A DNA stretch of 60,492 bases. Origin: Candidatus Margulisiibacteriota bacterium (GTDB lineage Bacteria > Margulisbacteria > WOR-1 > O2-12-FULL-45-9). The notes beneath the pieces are model-generated. The model made no database searches. It had not been told where the DNA came from and saw only the letters and a program-made list of their open reading frames with translations. Positions within the stretch are counted from its first letter, which is position 1, and every line of letters begins with the position of its first letter. Shown here piece after piece: positions 1-7,842 of the stretch. Made by a program: the position numbers and the translations under genes. The stretch spans positions 1-60,492 of the forward strand of contig JBDRHP010000044.1 in assembly GCA_043816785.1 (NCBI GenBank), written 5' to 3'.

Positions 1-372
1 GCTGCGATTTTTATTGTCCTGGTAGTAACTATATTTGCTGTTGCTACCTCTACTTTGCTGTCTGCCGAATCTGTGCTGGCGGTGAAAAATCAGGGTTCTC
101 TAAAGGCCTTTTATATTGCCAGCGCCGGCGTGGAATATTATCTAAAAGAATTAAGCGATGACCCTAGCTGGCTGACTCCGCCTGTTCCAGAGACTAAGTC
201 ATTTAGCGGGGGAATTTTTACGGTTGCCTACACGGGGGAAGCAGACAGCGCAATTGCCATGCTAGTGACCGGGATATATACTGTTGAGGGAGAAACAAAT
301 GCCAGGGCGCTAAAAATGGAAGTCGCGCGAAGCAACGGACAGTTAAGCGTCCTCAACTGGCAAGAGATCTAG
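1..372 (+). CDS. Pilus-associated pseudopilin/PilX-like protein, 5' end outside window
   Basis: Frame 1 is open from base 1 and starts inside a hydrophobic helix (AAIFIVLVVTIFAVATSTLL) like a pseudopilin N-terminal segment. It lies directly upstream of the pilM-pilQ genes. Confidence 0.4.
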   Translation, partial: AAIFIVLVVTIFAVATSTLLSAESVLAVKNQGSLKAFYIASAGVEYYLKELSDDPSWLTPPVPETKSFSGGIFTVAYTGEADSAIAMLVTGIYTVEGETNARALKMEVARSNGQLSVLNWQEI

Positions 373-380
373 CAATCTGT

Positions 381-408
381 TTGACAAAGCCCCCAGATTT
401 TATATAAT
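381..408 (+). promoter_or_regulatory. sigma70-type promoter for the pilM operon (TTGACA-16 nt-TATAAT)
   Basis: TTGACA at 381-386 and TATAAT at 403-408. The pilM ATG at 417 is only 8 nt past the -10 box and has no Shine-Dalgarno. Confidence 0.6.
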
Positions 409-416
409 ACTTCCAC

Positions 417-2048
417 ATGTCAAAATCTCGATCAATTCTTGGGATTGACCTTCGAGTTAACTCCGTTAAGGTGGTTGAAATTGAACAAAGAAAAGACGGA
501 GTTTTTCTTAAAAACTGGGGCTTAACCGAAGTTCCCTACAGCCTTGTTGATAAACATCCTCAAAAACAAGAAGCCCAAGCAGAAACCCTGCGCCAGCTTA
601 TTCTGACCAGAAAGATAAAAAGCAAAAATGCTGTGGTGGTGGTGGGGGGTGGCGAGGTTCATGTTCGGCTGCTGACGCTGGCCGGGGTTAGCCGGGCTGA
701 GCTGGCGGAGGTAATTAAATGGAAATTCGCTGAGGAGATCACGTTTCCGGTTGAAGAAGCGATCTTCGATTTTTATCCTTTGCCAAGATCGGCCGCTGCT
801 TTAGATGAAAAAAATGACTATATTGCCGCTTGTATTAGCCGCCAACTTTATCAGGAGATTGAACAGATCATCCATCAAGCGGGCCTGAACCTGGCGGCGA
901 TAACTATCCTGCCTGATGCCTTGCAAAAAGTCTTTGAATTTGAGACGCATAGGGGCAAGGATAAGATAATCTCCTTGATGTACATGGGCAAACGCACCAC
1001 CAACATCAGCATTCTCAAAGACAGAAATTTGGAATTCAACCGGGAATTAAGCATTGGCGGGGAAAATATTACGCTGGCCATGTGCGGGATGGTTGTTTCG
1101 GATAAGGGCAAGGTTGAGATCAACCCGGAAAAGGCAGAAGAGATAAAACTTGAGTACGGCATTCCGTTGGACTGTGAAAAATCCCATAAATTTGCCGATA
1201 TGCCGTCCAGCCAGCTGCAGGCCATGGTGCGGCCGGCTCTGGAGCGTGTCCAGGATGAGATTACCCGTACCTTTGAGTATTATAAGGGGCAGACTGGTGA
1301 GGCGGCAATTAACAAGATCCTGATAACTGGCGGCAGCTCGATGACGATCAATCTGATAGAGTTTCTCTCGCAGGGATTGGGGATCCCGGTCGTTTCCCCG
1401 GCTATCATGGATGGCCGGCATTATGATAAAAAACTGGCAGATAAGCCAGCCTTAGAAAGAGTTTTGCCTCGTCTCTCAGCCGCGATCGGCGCGGCCTTGG
1501 TTGGAGATGAAAAGATTAATTTAATGCCCGAAGAAGTAAAATATTGGTGGCGGCCGCTTACCCGCAGGTTCATAAAGCCGCAATATCTGGCTGCGATTTT
1601 TGCGGTTTTTTTGCTGCTGCTGTACGGCATCTTCTGGTGGCAGGCCCAGAGCCTGCAAAAAGAGCTGGCTTTAGCAGAAAAAAAGCTAAATGAATATAAA
1701 CCACGAATTGCTTCCATGGCTTTGATAGAAAAAGCTGCCATAAGCGAACACAATAAACAATCAGCCTTAAAGGCCCATGAAGCGCAACGGGCAAAGCTGC
1801 CAAAAATATTTGAGGACATCAGCCGCCTGGTCCCGGAAAGTGTCTTTATTAATGCCCTTAATCTGGATCAGGGAGAATTGCAGCTGTGGGGAACAGCTCT
1901 GGGAAGAAAATCAGCTGCCGAGAAAATTCTTTCTCAATTTGTTTGGGCCTTGTTAGCTTCCGGGAGCTTTAAGGATGTAGAGCTTATCCAGCATGACTAT
2001 GAATGGGGCGGCTTAAATTTTGAAGTTGTCGCGAAAATTAAGATTTAA
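417..2048 (+). CDS. pilM: Type IV pilus assembly protein, PilM-PilN fusion
   Basis: The N-terminal actin-like ATPase fold starts ILGIDLRVNSVKVVEI. The C-terminal part has the PilN-like INLMPEE motif, a TM helix (YLAAIFAVFLLLLYGIFWW) and a coiled coil. Confidence 0.75.
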   Translation: MSKSRSILGIDLRVNSVKVVEIEQRKDGVFLKNWGLTEVPYSLVDKHPQKQEAQAETLRQLILTRKIKSKNAVVVVGGGEVHVRLLTLAGVSRAELAEVIKWKFAEEITFPVEEAIFDFYPLPRSAAALDEKNDYIAACISRQLYQEIEQIIHQAGLNLAAITILPDALQKVFEFETHRGKDKIISLMYMGKRTTNISILKDRNLEFNRELSIGGENITLAMCGMVVSDKGKVEINPEKAEEIKLEYGIPLDCEKSHKFADMPSSQLQAMVRPALERVQDEITRTFEYYKGQTGEAAINKILITGGSSMTINLIEFLSQGLGIPVVSPAIMDGRHYDKKLADKPALERVLPRLSAAIGAALVGDEKINLMPEEVKYWWRPLTRRFIKPQYLAAIFAVFLLLLYGIFWWQAQSLQKELALAEKKLNEYKPRIASMALIEKAAISEHNKQSALKAHEAQRAKLPKIFEDISRLVPESVFINALNLDQGELQLWGTALGRKSAAEKILSQFVWALLASGSFKDVELIQHDYEWGGLNFEVVAKIKI

Positions 2049-2060
2049 AGGGAGAAGGTC

Positions 2061-2570
2061 TTGCCAATAAAGTTGTCGCCGAGAGAAAAAAAATTAGTTG
2101 TGATAGCTTTGGGGTTTGTAGCCTTTTTTGTGTTTTATCAGGTTTTATTAGCACCCAAGCTTGATCAGATCGGGAGATTAAGGGTGCAGGTGCAAAAAGC
2201 CCGCCTGGAGTTAAAAATAGCTGAGGGCAAGATAAATATCCTGGATGCCCTGGAAAAGGAAGTTGGCGGGCGATTGCCCGAGGAAAGCCCAGCACTAAGA
2301 GAGAAACGAGCGCTGGGGATCTTGATGTCTCTTTCAAGGACAGTCCTAAAATCCGGATTGAATTTAGTCTCAATAGAGCCTATTATTGCTGAAGGGCAGG
2401 AGAAAAAATTCCGTCTATTTTGTTTTGGGAATTATAATCAGCTATATGGCTTTTTGATGATCCTGCAAGATTTGCCGGGAGTGGTAATAATTGATTCGTT
2501 GGAGATAAGTGGGGAGGGGGACCAAGAGCCGGTTTTAAACATTAATATGTCTTTGACGGCATATGATTGA
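2061..2570 (+). CDS. PilO-like pilus assembly protein (TM helix plus coiled coil)
   Basis: TTG start after GGGAGAAGG. It has an N-terminal TM helix (LVVIALGFVAFFVFYQVLL) then a coiled coil, and sits between pilMN and the secretin. Confidence 0.45.
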   Translation: MPIKLSPREKKLVVIALGFVAFFVFYQVLLAPKLDQIGRLRVQVQKARLELKIAEGKINILDALEKEVGGRLPEESPALREKRALGILMSLSRTVLKSGLNLVSIEPIIAEGQEKKFRLFCFGNYNQLYGFLMILQDLPGVVIIDSLEISGEGDQEPVLNINMSLTAYD

Positions 2571-2579
2571 GATTGTAAA

Positions 2580-3056
2580 ATGATAAGAGGAGTAATATTC
2601 GTAACATTACTTTTAGCGGCCCTGGGTTCTGCCGTTTATTTTTATGGGCTGAAGCTGCTGGCAGAAGACCAGCCAAAAGTGCTAAAGATAGAAGCACTTA
2701 AGCCTGACGAAAAGCCTGTAATGCCTGCGCTGATAGGCAGGACAGAAGCGGTTGAGAAGGTCCTAATCGATCCCTTTGTTCCTCGTGTTTCACTGGGAAC
2801 AGCAAAGAGCATTGAAGCAGCCAGGAAAAAGGCTAAGTTGTTGCAGGGAGAGCAGCCAACAGCGGAGAAGCAAGCGGCCAAGCCAAAACTCGAGGGGCTT
2901 TCGGTTGATGCGGAGTCAAAGATCGCGTTTATTTCCGGGCGCGCCCTGACAGAAGGGGCCATGGTGCTGGGGTGGGAAGTCTCGGAGATCACAGAGACTG
3001 AAGTGGTTTTGAAAAAAGAGAGAAAGATTAAAATTTTGCGATTGGGGGGGGAATAA
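2580..3056 (+). CDS. PilP-like membrane-anchored pilus assembly protein (tentative)
   Basis: N-terminal TM helix, a charged linker and a small C-terminal beta-rich domain, immediately upstream of the secretin gene. Confidence 0.3.
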   Translation: MIRGVIFVTLLLAALGSAVYFYGLKLLAEDQPKVLKIEALKPDEKPVMPALIGRTEAVEKVLIDPFVPRVSLGTAKSIEAARKKAKLLQGEQPTAEKQAAKPKLEGLSVDAESKIAFISGRALTEGAMVLGWEVSEITETEVVLKKERKIKILRLGGE

Positions 3057-3057
3057 T

Positions 3058-4341
3058 ATGAAAATCAAAAAAACGAGAACGATTATTGTTTTGTTGCTGG
3101 TGGCCGCTTACTGTTTGCTGGTTTCTGGTCAAGCCTGGGCAGCGCAAAATGTCAGTAATATTAGCCTTAAGAAAGGGAAAGTCTATCTAAATTTGAAGGA
3201 TGCGGATGTAAAAACTGTGCTGCAGCTCTTTGCTAAAACAACTAAAACTAATATTGTGGCTTCTGACGATGTCAAAGGGAATATCACGGTAACATTTACC
3301 GGCATAGATCCTAAGGAAGGTTTGGAGGCCATCCTCAGGACTAAGGGGTTGGATTGGTTTGAGGAGGCCGGGACAATCTTTGTTTCAACCAAGAAGATCC
3401 TGCGCACCTTTTATTTGGCGAGTGCCCGGCCGTCTGATATTGAAGGAATGGTCAAGGATGTTCTGCCTGCTGGCAGCAAGGTCTCGTTTGATGACAGCTA
3501 CAACGTGCTGGTGGTCCAGACGACATCTGATTACTTGCCGCGCATTGAAAAATTAATTACTGAACTTGATGTTCCTCCTACCCAGGTAATGATCGAGGTG
3601 CGGATGATTGAGCTGCGCCATCAACAAGGGGGCAATACCGGGGCGAATATAAAATATACTAATCCCAGTGATACCGATGACGTGGTGGAAACCTCGGGCC
3701 TGGCTGATAAATCCACGGATACTGGGGCACGCGGGATTTTCTCCCATGTGCTTTCTGGTAATATTGATGCTTATTTGTCCGCGCTGAAGACCGGCAGTAA
3801 GTTTAATACGATAGCCACGCCGCGGATCACCACCATCAGCAACAAAGAGGCCACCTTATTGATCGGTTCAAAGCTGGGGTATAAAACCACGGTTATCTCA
3901 GATACTACCACCACTCAAGAAATTAATTTCCTTCAAGTAGGCACTTCTTTGATTATCAAACCCCATGTGACAAAAGGCGGTTTTATCCGCATGGAAGTCG
4001 CCCCTAAGATCAGTGACGGCAGCATTGTTGGTGATTTGCCGCAGGAAAATACCACTGAGACAAAAAATGAGGTTATGGTTCGGGACGGACAAACCTTTGT
4101 TATCGGCGGCTTAACCAAGGATAAGGATACCGAAGATAATTACGGGATACCCTTCTTAATGGATATCCCGCTGCTTGGCACTTTCTTTAGACGGACAGTG
4201 ATCACCAAAGAAAAGCAGGAACTGCTGGTCTTTGTCACGCCGCATATTTTGACCCCGCAGAACCTGGAGGCTTTATCCAAAAAGGGGATAAACGAAGTAG
4301 AAGAAAGGTCGGCAAAGACCAAGGCCCAACTTATTCATTAG
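3058..4341 (+). CDS. pilQ: Type IV pilus / type II secretion family secretin
   Basis: Signal peptide (LLVAAYCLLVSGQAWA), secretin N-domain repeats, and a C-terminal secretin core (TPRITTISNKEATLLIGSK ... GIPFLMDIPLLGTFF). Confidence 0.75.
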   Translation: MKIKKTRTIIVLLLVAAYCLLVSGQAWAAQNVSNISLKKGKVYLNLKDADVKTVLQLFAKTTKTNIVASDDVKGNITVTFTGIDPKEGLEAILRTKGLDWFEEAGTIFVSTKKILRTFYLASARPSDIEGMVKDVLPAGSKVSFDDSYNVLVVQTTSDYLPRIEKLITELDVPPTQVMIEVRMIELRHQQGGNTGANIKYTNPSDTDDVVETSGLADKSTDTGARGIFSHVLSGNIDAYLSALKTGSKFNTIATPRITTISNKEATLLIGSKLGYKTTVISDTTTTQEINFLQVGTSLIIKPHVTKGGFIRMEVAPKISDGSIVGDLPQENTTETKNEVMVRDGQTFVIGGLTKDKDTEDNYGIPFLMDIPLLGTFFRRTVITKEKQELLVFVTPHILTPQNLEALSKKGINEVEERSAKTKAQLIH

Positions 4342-5323
4342 TTGGTTCGCGGGTCATTAAATCTGAAATAGATTGAAAAGGTTTTTTGCCTTCAAATAGC
4401 AGGCGGACAACTTCTTTGGTTACCGGCAGCTGGACTGAGTGCTTTTCTCCCAGGACGAGAGCGGCTTTGCTGGTGGCAACTCCTTCGGCCACATTCTTCA
4501 TCCCGCCTAAAATATCGGCAAGTTTTTTTCCGTTGGCTATTTGCACGCCAACAAAATGATTGCGCGAGAGCCGGCTGGAACAAGTAGTGATCAGATCTCC
4601 CATGCCCGACAATCCGGCAAAGGTTTTTGGGTTAGCTCCGACGGCCACGCCCAGGCGGGTAATTTCCGCGATTCCCCGGATCAAGAGGCCGGCCTTGGCG
4701 TTGTCGCCCAGTTCCAGACCGTCGGCTACGCCGGCGGCAATGGCAATGATGTTTTTTAAGGCCCCGCCCAATTGGACGCCTACGGGATCGTCATTCGCGT
4801 AGACCCGAAAGCGTTCCAGCATTAAGACTTCCTGAAGGGACTTGGCCAGTTTGATGTCGTGAGCGGCGATCACGCTGGCCGCTGGCTGGCCTTTTGCAAT
4901 CTCCGCTGACAAGTTTGGGCCGGACAGGATAGCCACTTTCTCCAGTCCCAGTTCTTCTTTGAGAATGTCTAGCGGTAATTTTAGGGTCTTTTCTTCGATG
5001 CCTTTACTGGCTGAGATGGCGATTGCCCTGGCAGAAATGATCTTGGCGAAGTGCCTGGCCACGGACCTGAGAAATTGCGTAGGCACCACAAAGAGAAAGA
5101 TGTCCGCGTCTTTAGTTTTTTCCACTTGGTTTGTTATTTCAATGCTGGCCGGAAGTTGAAAGCCAGGCAGAAATATTTTGTTTTCTCTTCGCTCTGCCAG
5201 CTGAGCGGCCAGTTCTTTTTCGTAGACCCAAAGAGTAACCGCGTGTCCTTTTTCTGCCAGCAGGATACTTAAGGTTGTGCCCCAGGCTCCGGCGCCAATT
5301 ACGGCGATCCTTTTACTTGTCAT
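4331..5323 (-). CDS. gpsA: NAD(P)H-dependent glycerol-3-phosphate dehydrogenase
   Basis: Rossmann start IAVIGAGAWGTTLS and GpsA-typical GALKNIIAIAAG and LSGMGDLITTC motifs. Confidence 0.9.
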   Translation of the reverse strand: MTSKRIAVIGAGAWGTTLSILLAEKGHAVTLWVYEKELAAQLAERRENKIFLPGFQLPASIEITNQVEKTKDADIFLFVVPTQFLRSVARHFAKIISARAIAISASKGIEEKTLKLPLDILKEELGLEKVAILSGPNLSAEIAKGQPAASVIAAHDIKLAKSLQEVLMLERFRVYANDDPVGVQLGGALKNIIAIAAGVADGLELGDNAKAGLLIRGIAEITRLGVAVGANPKTFAGLSGMGDLITTCSSRLSRNHFVGVQIANGKKLADILGGMKNVAEGVATSKAALVLGEKHSVQLPVTKEVVRLLFEGKKPFQSISDLMTREPTNE

Positions 5324-5921
5324 TTTTTACTCCGATCCTTGATTCGGTCCCCGCGAGCAAGCGCTTGATATTGGGGATATGGCGCAGAATAATAATAACG
5401 CTGACCAAAGCGGCTATTAAGCCGTAGGGTAGAGGGCGTTTAAGCAAAAAGAAGGCCAGGGTAACTAAGGGTGAGGTAATTATCGAGGCCAGGGAAACAT
5501 AACGGGTCAGTAAGATGATCAGGATAACAAGGATTAATGCGCCAATAAAAATATCAGGAGCAACCGCGAGCAAAAAGCCCAAACCAGTAGCCGCGCCCCG
5601 TCCGCCTTTGAATTTTAAAAAGATGGGATAAGTGTGTCCCAGCACGGTCGCAATTCCCACCAGGATGACCAGCCAGGGGTTAGCGGTTAGCTGCTTTGCC
5701 AGGAGAACTGGTAAGGCGCCTTTTAACAGGTCAAGGAGAAAGACCAAACTACCGGCGAGAGGTCCAATCGTGCGGAAAACATTGGTTGCCCCGATGTTTC
5801 CTGAGCCCTTACGCCGGATATCGATATTCCAGATCCTGGCAATAAGATACCCGAAGGGGATAGACCCTAGCAGATATGCGGCAACCATGACTAAAAGAAT
5901 ATTTGTTGACACCTGACCCAT
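5313..5921 (-). CDS. plsY: Glycerol-3-phosphate acyltransferase PlsY
   Basis: YLLGSIPFGYLIAR, GSGNIGATNVFR and KGGRGAATGLG motifs. The start is ambiguous: ATG 5948, ATG 5921 or GTG 5912, and the promoter geometry favours GTG 5912. Confidence 0.85.
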   Translation of the reverse strand: MGQVSTNILLVMVAAYLLGSIPFGYLIARIWNIDIRRKGSGNIGATNVFRTIGPLAGSLVFLLDLLKGALPVLLAKQLTANPWLVILVGIATVLGHTYPIFLKFKGGRGAATGLGFLLAVAPDIFIGALILVILIILLTRYVSLASIITSPLVTLAFFLLKRPLPYGLIAALVSVIIILRHIPNIKRLLAGTESRIGVKNDK

Positions 5922-5948
5922 TTTACCTAACTTGAAAATGGTCGTCAA
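5920..5948 (-). promoter_or_regulatory. Candidate plsY-gpsA promoter (TTGACG-17 nt-TAAAAT on minus strand)
   Basis: On the minus strand the -35 box TTGACG is at 5948-5943 and the -10 box TAAAAT at 5925-5920. An in-frame GTG at 5912 follows 7 nt after the -10 box. Confidence 0.45.
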
Positions 5949-5960
5949 GCTTGGTATAAT
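5932..5960 (+). promoter_or_regulatory. efp promoter (TTGAAA-17 nt-TGgTATAAT, extended -10)
   Basis: TTGAAA at 5932-5937, TG at 5952-5953, TATAAT at 5955-5960. The efp ATG at 5971 is 10 nt downstream with no Shine-Dalgarno. Confidence 0.6.
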
Positions 5961-5970
5961 CTATCTTCAT

Positions 5971-6525
5971 ATGTCGATTCCGATCAATGATGTAAAACCA
6001 GGGGTCACTGTTGAAATAGGCAAGGATCTCTTTTGCTGCCTTGAATTTAACCAAAAAAGGGCTGCCCAGCAGACAAGCATCAAAATCAAGTTCAAAAACA
6101 TTAGAACTGGGGCCATTATTAACAAAACTTTTAACGCGGGTGAAAAAATTGAGGCTGCTCGTATTGAATATAAGCAAATGCAGTTTCTTTATGCTGATCA
6201 GGACCTGTTTCATTTTATGGACCAGACCAGCTTTGAACAAATTGCCCTGCCCAAAGAAAAGATCGGGAGCAGCGAAAAGTATTTAAAAGAAGGCCTGGTG
6301 GTTAATATATCTTTTTACGGCGAGGAGGCTCTGGACGTAAACTTGCCAAACACGGTGGAGCTCAAGGTTGTTGAAACCTCGCCTGGATTTAAAGGCGATA
6401 CTGTCTCGGGCGGCAAGCCGGCGACCCTGGAAACAGGAGCCGTTATTTCTGTCCCGTTTTTTGTCAATGTAGGCGATGTGCTCAAGATCAATACAGAAGA
6501 AGATAAATATCTCGGGAGGGCGTGA
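5971..6525 (+). CDS. efp: Elongation factor P
   Basis: MSIPINDVKPGVTVEI start and the EF-P core ETSPGFKGDTVSGGKPATLETGA. The ORF-track start at 5932 lies inside the promoter, so ATG 5971 is preferred. Confidence 0.9.
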   Translation: MSIPINDVKPGVTVEIGKDLFCCLEFNQKRAAQQTSIKIKFKNIRTGAIINKTFNAGEKIEAARIEYKQMQFLYADQDLFHFMDQTSFEQIALPKEKIGSSEKYLKEGLVVNISFYGEEALDVNLPNTVELKVVETSPGFKGDTVSGGKPATLETGAVISVPFFVNVGDVLKINTEEDKYLGRA

Positions 6526-6531
6526 TTAGTA

Positions 6532-6969
6532 ATGGTTAATTGGGATTTGGTTAAAAAATTGATCAAGATGGTTAAGGAAGAGGATATTTCTGGCTTAGCG
6601 GTCGAGGAGGGCGGGGTCAAGTATGAAGTGAATCGGAATGCTGGCGGAGTTTCCAGCAGCCAGTCAGTTGTTGCGTCTCAACCAGCGTCTGCCCCTGCGC
6701 CGACAGCGCCGCCTGCGGAGGATGATGGCTTGGTGGCAATTACCTCGCCAATGGTGGGAACTTTTTATCGCGCGCCCTCACCAGAAGCCCCGTCTTTTGT
6801 TGAAGTTGGGGATCAGGTGGAGCCGGGTAAGGCTGTCTGCATTATCGAGGCGATGAAGTTGTTCAACGAAATTGAGGCTGAAGCCAGGGGTAAATTGGTC
6901 AAGATCCTGGTGGAGAACGGTCAGCCAGTGGAATACGGCCAAAAGTTGATGCTGATCAAGAAGGCATAA
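6532..6969 (+). CDS. accB: Biotin carboxyl carrier protein
   Basis: Ala/Pro-rich linker followed by a biotinyl domain with the [11 protein letters not shown] motif (biotinylated Lys). Confidence 0.85.
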   Translation: MVNWDLVKKLIKMVKEEDISGLAVEEGGVKYEVNRNAGGVSSSQSVVASQPASAPAPTAPPAEDDGLVAITSPMVGTFYRAPSPEAPSFVEVGDQVEPGKAVCIIEAMKLFNEIEAEARGKLVKILVENGQPVEYGQKLMLIKKA

Positions 6970-7838
6970 TGCTTGCCTTATTTAAAACCCTGCGCCCTGC
7001 CCAGTGGACCAAGAATTTCTTTGTGTTTGCGGGCATTATTTTTTCCCTGCGTTTTTTTGAGTTGCCGCTCTTGCTCAAGGTTGGCTACGCCTTTGTTATT
7101 TTTTGCGCCCTGTCCAGCGCCATCTATATAATTAATGATCTCAAAGATATTGAAAGAGATCGCCGGCACCCGCAGAAGAAATTCCGTCCGATCGCTAACC
7201 AACAGGTTAGCATTCCAGTCGTTCTAATCCTGGCTTTGGGGCTTATGCTTTTGGCTGGAGGAGCTGCTTTTAAGCTGGATGTTTTGTTTGGCTGGGTGGC
7301 GGTTGCTTATATTATTTTAATGCTGTTGTATACGTTTTTGCTTAAAGAGATGGTTATTTTGGATGTGTTTTCGATCGCGGCTGGTTTTGTTTTAAGAGCG
7401 ATTGCCGGGGTAGTGGTGATTGATGTGGAGCTTTCACCCTGGCTGATAATTTGTACGATCTTACTAGCGCTATTTATTGCTTTGGGTAAACGACGTCACG
7501 AGTTGGTTACCCTTACTGAAGCCAGCTGCCACCGGGGGATCCTTGAGGAGTATACTCCCCAACTTCTGGACCAGCTGATCTCCGTGACTGCCGGGGCAAC
7601 TGTTGTGGCCTATGCCTTATACACTCTTTGGCCAGAAACCGTGACTAAGTTTGGCACCCGGAACCTGGTTTATTCCGTGCCCTTTGTGCTCTACGGCATT
7701 TTTCGTTATCTCTATTTGATCTATAAGAAAGAACAGGGCGGCCGTCCAGAAAAGATACTGCTGACGGATGTGCCGTTGATAGTTGATATTGGCCTGTGGG
7801 TCATTACCCTGATCATGATCGTCTATTGGAGAAGATAA
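6969..7838 (+). CDS. UbiA-family prenyltransferase, decaprenyl-phosphate phosphoribosyltransferase-like
   Basis: Polytopic membrane protein with the UbiA Asp-rich motif NDLKDIERDRRHPQKKFRPIA. Confidence 0.7.
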   Translation: MLALFKTLRPAQWTKNFFVFAGIIFSLRFFELPLLLKVGYAFVIFCALSSAIYIINDLKDIERDRRHPQKKFRPIANQQVSIPVVLILALGLMLLAGGAAFKLDVLFGWVAVAYIILMLLYTFLLKEMVILDVFSIAAGFVLRAIAGVVVIDVELSPWLIICTILLALFIALGKRRHELVTLTEASCHRGILEEYTPQLLDQLISVTAGATVVAYALYTLWPETVTKFGTRNLVYSVPFVLYGIFRYLYLIYKKEQGGRPEKILLTDVPLIVDIGLWVITLIMIVYWRR

Positions 7839-7842
7839 GCTG

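Noticed and set aside
5923-6240. 105-aa minus-strand ORF overlapping the efp start region.
   Set aside because: It is antisense to a clearly identified efp and overlaps the plsY and efp promoters. It has no recognisable features.
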